Assembly (NCBI GenBank): GCA_009909005.1
Contig: JAAAOG010000087.1
Location: forward strand, 1-24,000
Origin: Alphaproteobacteria bacterium
GTDB taxonomy: Bacteria; Pseudomonadota; Alphaproteobacteria; DSM-16000; Inquilinaceae
Reading direction: 5' to 3'
Length of the DNA: 24,000 nucleotides
The position numbers and the translations under genes are program-made. The notes beneath the pieces are model-generated. The model made no database searches. It saw only the letters and a program-made list of their open reading frames with translations, and was not told the DNA's origin. Positions 15,953 to 23,167 of this stretch are shown piece after piece (within the stretch, counting starts at the first letter, position 1; each line of letters begins with the position of its first letter).

Positions 15953-16285
15953 ATGGATGAAACACGGATCGACGCGCAGTTGCCGCAGCTTAATGTTGAA
16001 GTGATCCGCCGGGACTATCCCGAGGATCGCGCCGAGGTCATGACCATCAAGATGACGGCAACCCCGTCCTTCAAGGCGGTGGGCGGCATGATGACGCAGG
16101 GCTTGGCGGCGCCGATCGCCGGCCTCTGGGCCGCACCGGTCCTCGCCTGGGCCGGCATGATGCAGGCCGCCTGGGGTCCGGTGTTGGGCGCGATGATGCC
16201 GCGCCTCACGGTCGAAAGCACTGAAAGAGACAGGCCCCGGGTCTCGGATGGGTCCGAAGGCCGCGAGACCGGCAGCCAGGCCTGA
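15953..16285 (+). CDS. Hypothetical 110-aa protein with a Met/Ala/Gly/Trp-rich hydrophobic segment
   Basis: GGAGGA lies about 9 nt upstream of ATG 15953. Third codon positions are strongly GC-rich when read by hand, unlike the competing antisense ORF 15875..16297, whose product looks like junk. I recognise no family. Confidence 0.55.
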   Translation: MDETRIDAQLPQLNVEVIRRDYPEDRAEVMTIKMTATPSFKAVGGMMTQGLAAPIAGLWAAPVLAWAGMMQAAWGPVLGAMMPRLTVESTERDRPRVSDGSEGRETGSQA

Positions 16286-16385
16286 GCCTGCGTCCAAGTG
16301 ACGCGGCCGAGGCCGCGCGCCGGTCTTCTGGCCGCTGGCCGGTCTTCTTAACGCTGAACGGCCCCGTGTGCGACGGGGGGCCGCA

Positions 16386-17078
16386 TCAGGCGCGGACGAT
16401 TCGACGGTCAGGCTCGGCGTGCGGCCGCGGTGCCGGGTCGAACTGCGGGACGGCCTGATCGAAGACGCTGAGGTCGGTCCTCAGCGCCTTGTGCACGGCC
16501 TCGAGCGTCGGCTGTTCAAGTTTCGCCGTTACCGCCTCCGCCTCGGCCGGGGACAGGGGCAGAAGCGTCCGACCCGCCGAGACGAAATAGCCGACATAGG
16601 CGCGCAAATAGGCGGTCAGGGCTGGATTGAGGGGGATGCGGCATGGCGCGGGTCGCGCACCGCAGGCCGCTGCCACCGCAACGGGATGGACGATCGGGCC
16701 TTCCCAATAGCGCAAGACCTGCTCCAGCCCCGGATCCGGCCAGGATTGCCGCACAGACGCCAGGAACGTGGCGCCCATCGCTGCGCTGGCGCAGGCCACG
16801 CCCATGCCGGCGAGCAGGCTCGCCGCAATCTGCGCGATTTCCGCGAAGGCTTCGGCATTCTGGACAGCCGCAACGTTGTAGGCGGCATGGAACAGAACGG
16901 CATCGACATGGCCGGCGCCGTTGGACAGCAAGGCAATAATCCAGCCCGCAAGGCTCGCCGCATCCCGCACGAGACCGGCCTCGACGGCAAATTCCAGGCT
17001 CTGGCTGCAGGCCTGGCCGGCAAAAAAGTTCTCCGGCGTCAGCCATGACATCAGTCGGTAGAGCGCTTGCTCATCCAT
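16386..17078 (-). CDS. UreF-like protein (divergent urease accessory protein F paralog) with no urease genes around it
   Basis: ALYRLMSWLTPENFFAGQACSQSLEFAVEAGLVRDAASLAGWIIALLSNGAGHVDAVLF, then HPVAVAAACGA...IPLNPALTAYLRAYVGYFVSAGRTLLPL, follows the remembered UreF pattern (L.L.qwlSPafPvGaFsySqGLE.AVeaG.V.D...L..W...ll..Gag..Da.ll; ...aylha...nlvsaavRLvPLGqt). Conserved positions are altered and the C-terminal HETQY.RLFRS block is replaced by RPHAEPDRRIVRA. Confidence 0.7.
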   Translation of the reverse strand: MDEQALYRLMSWLTPENFFAGQACSQSLEFAVEAGLVRDAASLAGWIIALLSNGAGHVDAVLFHAAYNVAAVQNAEAFAEIAQIAASLLAGMGVACASAAMGATFLASVRQSWPDPGLEQVLRYWEGPIVHPVAVAAACGARPAPCRIPLNPALTAYLRAYVGYFVSAGRTLLPLSPAEAEAVTAKLEQPTLEAVHKALRTDLSVFDQAVPQFDPAPRPHAEPDRRIVRA

Positions 17079-17638
17079 AGTGGCGATCCGTCATCATCCT
17101 GCGTCGCTGTCGGGCTGGCGCTCTTCCAGGTGTTTCTCTCTCTCTCTTTTTTTGTTCTGCCTGTTCCGGGCCTTTTTCGGTCCGGTGGTTGTCTTCCGCT
17201 TTGCCGCGTTTCGCTCCGGTACCGCTTGGGCGGGCTATTCCGGAGGCTACGAAGCAATCGTCACGGTGCCGGCTCGACGCCCTGCATCCGGCAACGATCC
17301 TGAAACCATGCTTCTCAATCAAGGCTGAACTCTGCGGCAGAGTCAAGGTGCGATGTGTTCTGATCCGGCCACACTGTGGCGGATGCGTAACGCAGACTGA
17401 CGAAATATTGCGGGGTCGGGCTCCGGCAAGTCAGCCGGTACGCCTTCCCGGGCCTGCAATCCGGTGGCGGCCCACGGCCGGCATCTGTTTCCCGGCGCCG
17501 GCCGTCCACAGCCAATATCAGCGTTACGTAAAAACAAATATAAAATTGGCTACAAATTCGATAAACCATGGACTCGGTGCATATGTCCGGTGTCAGTATT
17601 TCTTGGTTAACAAGACTGCCTGGGGTGTCGACTTCGTA

Positions 17639-17653
17639 TTAACGAATTATTAA
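17639..17653. promoter_or_regulatory. TTAA-N7-TTAA motif (CtrA-box consensus) upstream of the TadG/vWA gene
   Basis: TTAACGAATTATTAA has TTAA at 17639-17642 and 17650-17653 with a 7-nt spacer. It lies within an AT-rich patch that also contains the tandem 10-mers GAATTATTAA/GAATTATTAT (17644-17663), about 85 nt upstream of the ATG at 17737. Confidence 0.3.
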
Positions 17654-17736
17654 GAATTATTATTGTAGCGTTCACCGAGGTGGAGGATATGTTGACAGGC
17701 TGCTCCTGGCAGGCGGCCTGCTGAGGAGGTGTGGCG

Positions 17737-19542
17737 ATGTCCCTTTCACATCCATGCAGATGGCTCGGCGCAAAGCTGGCAGCATGCCGGCGGGATAACC
17801 GGGGTTCCAATATTGTCATGGCGGCCTTCGCGCTCGTTCCCGTGCTGGCGGCGACGGGCCTCTCCATCGACGTGGCCCGGATGTACACGGTGCGCAGTGC
17901 CTTGAGCGCTGCGGTCGACACGGCAGCCCTGGCCGCTGCCCATGAACGCACCGAGGCGGAGCGCCTTGCGGCTTTTAACAGCTATTTCGATGCCAATTTC
18001 CCGCAAAACCATCTGGGCGCGCATGTGACCGAGACCCGGCTGAGCTACGATGCCGTCACACGGCGCATGACGGGCTGGGCGAGCGCCAGGGTCGACACCA
18101 CGCTGATGCAGCTGGTTGGCGCCGGATCGGTGGACGTGACAACCTCCACGGTGATCCAGAGCGAACTGCGCGGCATGGAACTTGTCCTTGTCATGGACAA
18201 TACCGGCTCCATGCGCGGCGGGGACAGTATCGGGCGCATGAAGGATGCCGCGCGCGGACTGATCAACGCGCTGTTCGACGGACGCTTCGACACCGTGAAC
18301 CGCTATGACGACGCGCTGGTGGCCAGCGGCCGCGACGAGCTGTCCAATCTCTGGGTCTCCCTTGTGCCCTATGCGGCGTCGGTGAATATCGGCCGCGGCC
18401 AGGGCGACCAGGTCTGGAACGGCAGTTCCTGGGAGGGCGGCGATGAGCATTTCGCCTGGCTCAATCCTGTCGATGTCGTCGATGGGGTGGAGACGGCCAA
18501 TCCCGCCGGCACCTCGCCCGACGCCTTTTTCCAAAGCAGCTATCGCGTCGAGCACGCCACCAACACGCCGCTTTGCGAGCGTGACGAGACGGGCGCCTGC
18601 CAGACCGACGAGGACGGCGACATTATCTACCAGACGGTGGGCGGCGATCCGCGCGGCTGGCTCGGCTGCGTCATGGCCCGCGCCGACGGGCTCGACCAGA
18701 CCGACGATCCTCCGGTCGACTCGACCACCCGGTTCACCCCGCTGCTCTGGCACAGCGATGCGAATAGCGAGCCGCCGAATATTCCGACCATGTCGGGCAA
18801 TGCAAACTGGTATTCCGCAGCCGACGACAGCTGGGACGAGAATTTCTGGAACAGCTGGCCCGAGAGCTTCGCGCTGAGCTATACGGAGGCGGATACGCAG
18901 AACAGCTCCCGCGGGCCGAATCTCGGCTGCCCGCCGGCCATCACGCCGCTTACCGCGAATTATACCGAGATCATGGATGCCATCGACGAGATGGCCCCCT
19001 GGCACCGGGGCGGCACCTGGAGCAATACCGGCATGGTCTGGGGCTGGCGCATGCTCTCCCCCCGCTGGCGCGCCCATTGGGGTATCGACGAGATCTATCG
19101 GGAACAGACCCTGCCGCTCGACTATGGCACGCCCGGGATCGAGAAGGTCGTCGTCGTGCTCACCGATGGCACCAATCAGTGGTACCAGGACGATTTCACC
19201 GCCTTCGGGTTCCTCAGCGAGGGGCGGTCCACCGCCGAGGGCGGCCTGAACGGGACGACCAGCAACAGCACGGCCACGGCCGAGGCCAACAGCCGCATGG
19301 TGACGATCTGCGACCGCATGCGGCGGGGCACCGGCACGGGCGCCGACCCGGCCCTCGGGACGGACGACCCGGATCGGATCACGATCTACACGATCGTGTT
19401 AAAGGCCTCCGGCCAGGCCAGTACGTTCGAAAGCTGCGCCTCGGACGAGGACAAGTACTTCTTCGCCAGTGACAATGGCGAGCTCTCCGGCATTTTCGAA
19501 CGGATCTCGGAAGATTTGAGCCGCATCCGCATCGTGCAATAG
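17737..19542 (+). CDS. TadG/TadE-like N-terminal domain protein with a von Willebrand factor A (vWA) domain
   Basis: The N-terminus RDNRGSNIVMAAFALVPVLAATGLSIDVARMY is the TadE/G-like membrane-anchor motif. The vWA MIDAS-type motif reads LVLVMDNTGSM and VVVLTDGTNQ follows later. The central W.GCVMAR segment is typical of this protein class. The ATG at 17737 lies 7 nt after GAGGAGG (17723-17729). The track start is a GTG at 17731. Confidence 0.8.
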   Translation: MSLSHPCRWLGAKLAACRRDNRGSNIVMAAFALVPVLAATGLSIDVARMYTVRSALSAAVDTAALAAAHERTEAERLAAFNSYFDANFPQNHLGAHVTETRLSYDAVTRRMTGWASARVDTTLMQLVGAGSVDVTTSTVIQSELRGMELVLVMDNTGSMRGGDSIGRMKDAARGLINALFDGRFDTVNRYDDALVASGRDELSNLWVSLVPYAASVNIGRGQGDQVWNGSSWEGGDEHFAWLNPVDVVDGVETANPAGTSPDAFFQSSYRVEHATNTPLCERDETGACQTDEDGDIIYQTVGGDPRGWLGCVMARADGLDQTDDPPVDSTTRFTPLLWHSDANSEPPNIPTMSGNANWYSAADDSWDENFWNSWPESFALSYTEADTQNSSRGPNLGCPPAITPLTANYTEIMDAIDEMAPWHRGGTWSNTGMVWGWRMLSPRWRAHWGIDEIYREQTLPLDYGTPGIEKVVVVLTDGTNQWYQDDFTAFGFLSEGRSTAEGGLNGTTSNSTATAEANSRMVTICDRMRRGTGTGADPALGTDDPDRITIYTIVLKASGQASTFESCASDEDKYFFASDNGELSGIFERISEDLSRIRIVQ

Positions 19543-19561
19543 CCCGCTTCGCAGCGGAGCA

Positions 19562-19605
19562 CGGCACCGGGGCCGGCATTGCCAAGAGCGGTGCCGGCTC
19601 TTTTG
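19562..19605 (+). terminator. Rho-independent terminator candidate after the TadG/vWA gene
   Basis: CGGCACCG (19562-19569) pairs with CGGTGCCG (19589-19596), and an inner GCCGGCA/TGCCGGC alternative also exists. GCTCTTTTG follows the stem. Confidence 0.55.
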
Positions 19606-19728
19606 CCGCTCAGGGGTTGCGGCGATAGACCGCGCTGCAAATTAAGGATAATTAGCTAACGTATTGATTGAAGTTCGCTGTCGCGTCGACGTCGACCAGC
19701 CGGCTCCGCGACGGAACGCGGTATCGTC

Positions 19729-21756
19729 ATGGCGTCTTGTCTCAATCGCTCCGTCCGCCATAGCGCTTTCTCGCTGGCCCGTCAGCGCGCCGCACTGATC
19801 GGCCTGTTCCTGCTCGCGACCGGCGCGGGCTGCGGCGTACGGGCCGAAGACCATCTCGATATTCTCTATGTGTCCTCCTTCAGCAGCCAGCTGCCCTGGA
19901 GCAGCGCCATGCTGCAGGGCGCCATGGACGAGGCGGCAAACGGTCCGGGGCCGCGGGTGCGGCTGTTTGTGGAATGGATGCATGCCGACCGCACGCCGCC
20001 GGGCCCGGAGCCGCAGGACTTTCTGGACAGCCTCAATACCCGCTATGCCGACAGGACCTTCGACGGCGTCATTCTCGATTCGGCCGAGGCCGTGCTGCTC
20101 CTCGACCTCGCGGAGACCGGCCCGCTTGCCGAAACGCCCCTGATCGAGGTCGCAGCCCTGCCGAACGATGTTCCGGTCGACGTTCCGGTCGAGATTGTCA
20201 CGGCCGCCGCTCATGCCGAGACGCTGGCCCGCATCCCCGACTGGCTGCCGGATACAACGCGTTTGCTGCTGATCGGACAGGGCGATGGGTCGGGGCCGGG
20301 CAGGGACTTTGCCGCGGTCTGGGAGGCGGCCCGCGCCACCCTGCCGGAAACGATCGCCGTCGAGCGCGTCACCCATGCCGATCTCAACCGCCTCACAGCC
20401 GACCTTGCTTTGGCCCAGCCGGGCACAGTGGCCTATTTCACGCCGATCACGATCACCGGCTCCGGCGAACAGGTCGTCCCGCTGGAGGTTTTGCGCCGGA
20501 TTGCCGAGATGGCGGCTATTCCGATCTTCTCGGGCTGGGAACAGATGGTGGGAGCCGGCATTGTCGGCGGCTATGTGCTGTCGCCGGAGCGCACCGGCCG
20601 GGCGGCGGTCCGCGCGATCAGGCGGGCGACGGCTGAACGGGAGGGTCATAATCCCGCGCCCTATCGCGATGCATCCTGGGCGTCCTCGCACCTCTGGGCC
20701 TTCGATGCCCGGCAGCTGGCGCGATTCGGCATTGCGCCGGAGGCGCTGCCGGTGGGCAGCGACATTCGTTTCCGGCCTCTGCCGATCTGGGAGTCCCACC
20801 CTTATGAAGTCACCGCTGCGGCCATCGCCCTGGCCGGCTTCCTGAGCCTGACCGGTGCGTTGATTGTCGCCCTGGCCCGCAATCACCGCCTGCTGAGCCA
20901 GAACAGGGCGGCCCGCAACGCCCTGCAGGCGGCCAATACCGGGCTGGAGGAGCGGGTGGCGGCGCGCACCCGGGACCTCGCGGCCCAGGCGGACAGGCTG
21001 GGTCGACAGGCGCATCAGCTGGAGCTGGCGAAGGCCTCGGCCCAGGCGGCCAGCGATGCCAAGAGCCGGTTGCTGTCCTCCATGTCGCATGAGCTGCGCA
21101 CGCCGCTCAACGCCGTTCTCGGCTTTTCCCAGATGCTCGAGAATTTCGCCGAGCCGCCCTTGACCGGTCGGTCGCGTGACTGGCTGGCGGCGATCGCCAC
21201 CGCCGGCGACCAGCTTCTCACGCTCATCGACGACATCCTCGACCTGTCGCGGGTCGAATCGGGGCGGGTGCGGCTGACGCCGGAAATCTGCCCGCTCGAA
21301 ACCCTGGCCGACGAGTGCGTCCAAACCCTCGCCCCCATGGCCGCGGCGGCCGCCGCCACCATCCAGACCGCCGTGACGCCTTGCAGCGCCTGGGCCGATC
21401 CGCATCGCCTGACCCAGATCGTCACCAATCTGCTGACCAATGCCATCAAATACGGGCCTGAAGGCGGGCGCGTGTTCCTGCAAGGCGGACCGGACCGGAC
21501 CGGTACCGTCGTGCTGCGCGTCGCGGACGAGGGTCCGGGCATTCCCCCCGACCAGATCGAGCAGATCTTCTGGCCGTTCTACCGCGTGAACGAGGCGGCC
21601 GACGGGAAGGGCTATGGCCTGGGCCTCGCCCTGGTCCGCACTTTGGTCACGGAGATGGGCGGTGAAGTCTGGGTCGAGCCCAACCAGCCGCGCGGCAGTA
21701 TTTTCGCGATACGGCTGCCGGCTGCGAAGGTTACCGATCTGCGGAAAGAGGCCTGA
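19729..21756 (+). CDS. Membrane sensor histidine kinase with a large periplasmic domain; no receiver or HPt domain
   Basis: An N-terminal hydrophobic segment ALIGLFLLATGAG is followed by about 300 aa of predicted periplasmic domain and a second TM segment (VTAAAIALAGFLSLTGALIVALA). A coiled linker leads to the H-box SRLLSSMSHELRTPLNAVLGFSQML. The ATPase domain has the N box LLTNAIKYGP, the G1 box DEGPGIP and the G2 box GYGLGLALV. Confidence 0.88.
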   Translation: MASCLNRSVRHSAFSLARQRAALIGLFLLATGAGCGVRAEDHLDILYVSSFSSQLPWSSAMLQGAMDEAANGPGPRVRLFVEWMHADRTPPGPEPQDFLDSLNTRYADRTFDGVILDSAEAVLLLDLAETGPLAETPLIEVAALPNDVPVDVPVEIVTAAAHAETLARIPDWLPDTTRLLLIGQGDGSGPGRDFAAVWEAARATLPETIAVERVTHADLNRLTADLALAQPGTVAYFTPITITGSGEQVVPLEVLRRIAEMAAIPIFSGWEQMVGAGIVGGYVLSPERTGRAAVRAIRRATAEREGHNPAPYRDASWASSHLWAFDARQLARFGIAPEALPVGSDIRFRPLPIWESHPYEVTAAAIALAGFLSLTGALIVALARNHRLLSQNRAARNALQAANTGLEERVAARTRDLAAQADRLGRQAHQLELAKASAQAASDAKSRLLSSMSHELRTPLNAVLGFSQMLENFAEPPLTGRSRDWLAAIATAGDQLLTLIDDILDLSRVESGRVRLTPEICPLETLADECVQTLAPMAAAAAATIQTAVTPCSAWADPHRLTQIVTNLLTNAIKYGPEGGRVFLQGGPDRTGTVVLRVADEGPGIPPDQIEQIFWPFYRVNEAADGKGYGLGLALVRTLVTEMGGEVWVEPNQPRGSIFAIRLPAAKVTDLRKEA

Positions 21757-21946
21757 GGTTTTCCGGATTGTCGCCGAACTTTCTGCCGATAACCCCCGGA
21801 ATACCGGCGCGGAAGGGCAAATGGGGCGGCAGCAGCAACGACCCGGCCCCCGCGCGACGATCCTTGAACGGCCGGCCGGCTTCGGGAAGACTGAGCCTCG
21901 GCGGGCCGGTCGGTTCGTGTGCGGCGTTCAGGGGAAGGGCCGTCGG

Positions 21947-22279
21947 GTGGAGGACAAGGCGCCGGAGCTTCGCGTCCTCGACGTGCTGACGCGATTTCCG
22001 GCAGTCGAACGGGTGATCCTCTTCGGCTCGCGGGCCCGCGGCGATGCCGGCCCGCGCGCCGACATCGATCTCGCCGTCGCCTGCCCGCAAGCCGGCGAGG
22101 CCGAATGGCTGCGGATCGCCGAGGCGGTCGAAGAAGAGGCCGAGACGCTGCTCCTCATCGACCTGGTGAGGCTGGAGGAAGCCTCTGCGGACCTGCGCGA
22201 TCGAATCCGTTCGGAAGGCCGGGTGCTCTATGAACAGCAAGCTCGATCAGTCGGTCGCCAATCTCGGTCGGGCCCTTGA
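21947..22279 (+). CDS. mntA: Minimal nucleotidyltransferase (MNT), MntA/HI0073-like antitoxin-type protein
   Basis: The pattern ILFGSRARGDAGPRADIDLAV (GS-x9-11-DxD) plus the downstream LIDLVRL is typical of HI0073-like MNTs. The start is ambiguous. GTG 21947 lies 7 nt after GGGGAAGGG and gives a typical length. The in-frame ATG at 21821 would add 42 aa. The track start at 21614 overlaps the kinase gene. The 3' end overlaps the next gene by 50 nt. Confidence 0.7.
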   Translation: MEDKAPELRVLDVLTRFPAVERVILFGSRARGDAGPRADIDLAVACPQAGEAEWLRIAEAVEEEAETLLLIDLVRLEEASADLRDRIRSEGRVLYEQQARSVGRQSRSGP

Positions 22280-22628
22280 CCGCCTGGAAGAGGCCCTGGC
22301 CGAGCCGACAACCAACAAGCTGGCCATCGACGGCACGATCCGGCGCTTCGAATTTGCGCTCGAATTGTTCTGGAAAACGCTTAAACGGCTGCTTGCGGCC
22401 GAGGGTATCGAGACCGCCACCCCGCGACAGGCGTTGAAACAGGCCTGGCAGGCCGGCTGGCTGGACAGCGAGGCGGCCTGGCTGCAAATGCTCAAGGACC
22501 GGAACGAGACCTCGCAGCTTTACAATGAGGACATCGCCCGGCGCATCTACGAGCATATTCACAACAATTGTCCGGAGATGCGCAAGGCCTATGACCGCGT
22601 CCGGGAACGGGCCGCGACGCTGTCCTGA
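22230..22628 (+). CDS. hepT: HEPN-domain nucleotidyltransferase-substrate-binding protein (HI0074/HepT-like) with a variant active-site motif
   Basis: MNSKLDQSVANLGRALDRLEEAL...IRRFEFALELFWKTLKRLL...WLQMLKDRNETSQLYNE follows the remembered HI0074-family layout (..L.kAl..Le.al......rDgvIqRFEfT.ElaWKtlK..L......W..m...RN.TSHtY.e). The residue aligned to the motif His is Gln. Confidence 0.75.
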   Translation: MNSKLDQSVANLGRALDRLEEALAEPTTNKLAIDGTIRRFEFALELFWKTLKRLLAAEGIETATPRQALKQAWQAGWLDSEAAWLQMLKDRNETSQLYNEDIARRIYEHIHNNCPEMRKAYDRVRERAATLS

Positions 22629-22637
22629 GGAGGGTCC

Positions 22638-23081
22638 GTGGACCAGCGGATCAGCATTGTGACGCTCGGTGTCGCCGATCTCGCCGGCGCTCGAACCTTT
22701 TACGAAAGGCTGGGGTGGTGCGCCGATCCGGCGAGCACCGGCACCATCGTCTTTTTCGACCTTGGCGGCATGGCCCTGGCGCTCTACGGGCGCGCCGCCC
22801 TGGCCGAGGATGCCGGGTTCGCCGACACGGGTCCCGGCTTTGCCGGCGTGACGCTCGCCCACAATGTCGGTTCGCCGGCGGCGGTGGAGGCGGTGCTGGA
22901 CCAGGCCGTCGCGGCCGGCGGGCGGCTGATCAAGCCGGCGGCCGAGGCGTTCTGGGGCGGGTATTCGGGATATTTCGCCGATCCGGACGGCCATCTGTGG
23001 GAAGTCGCCTATAATCCGTTCTTCCCATTGGATGACAAAGGGCGGGTCCATCTCGCCCCGCCGGACCAGGGCCCCGATTAG
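22638..23081 (+). CDS. VOC (glyoxalase/bleomycin-resistance/dioxygenase) family protein
   Basis: ISIVTLGVADLAGARTFYERLGW...GYSGYFADPDGHLWEVAYNP is the VOC-fold pattern. The GTG start at 22638 follows GAGGAGGG, which overlaps the stop codon of the HEPN gene. The gap is 9 nt, so the two are probably co-transcribed. Confidence 0.8.
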   Translation: MDQRISIVTLGVADLAGARTFYERLGWCADPASTGTIVFFDLGGMALALYGRAALAEDAGFADTGPGFAGVTLAHNVGSPAAVEAVLDQAVAAGGRLIKPAAEAFWGGYSGYFADPDGHLWEVAYNPFFPLDDKGRVHLAPPDQGPD

Positions 23082-23167
23082 CCGTCTTTGCGGTCTCGCA
23101 AGCGGGCGCGGCTTCGTGCTATGTCTCCCGTCCTTCGCCGTGCCTGCCCGTCCACCGCAAGCGACCG

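Noticed and set aside
19642-21483. 613-aa minus-strand ORF
   Set aside because: It is antisense to the histidine kinase gene, which has H, N, G1 and G2 boxes. Its product is Arg/Gly-rich junk.
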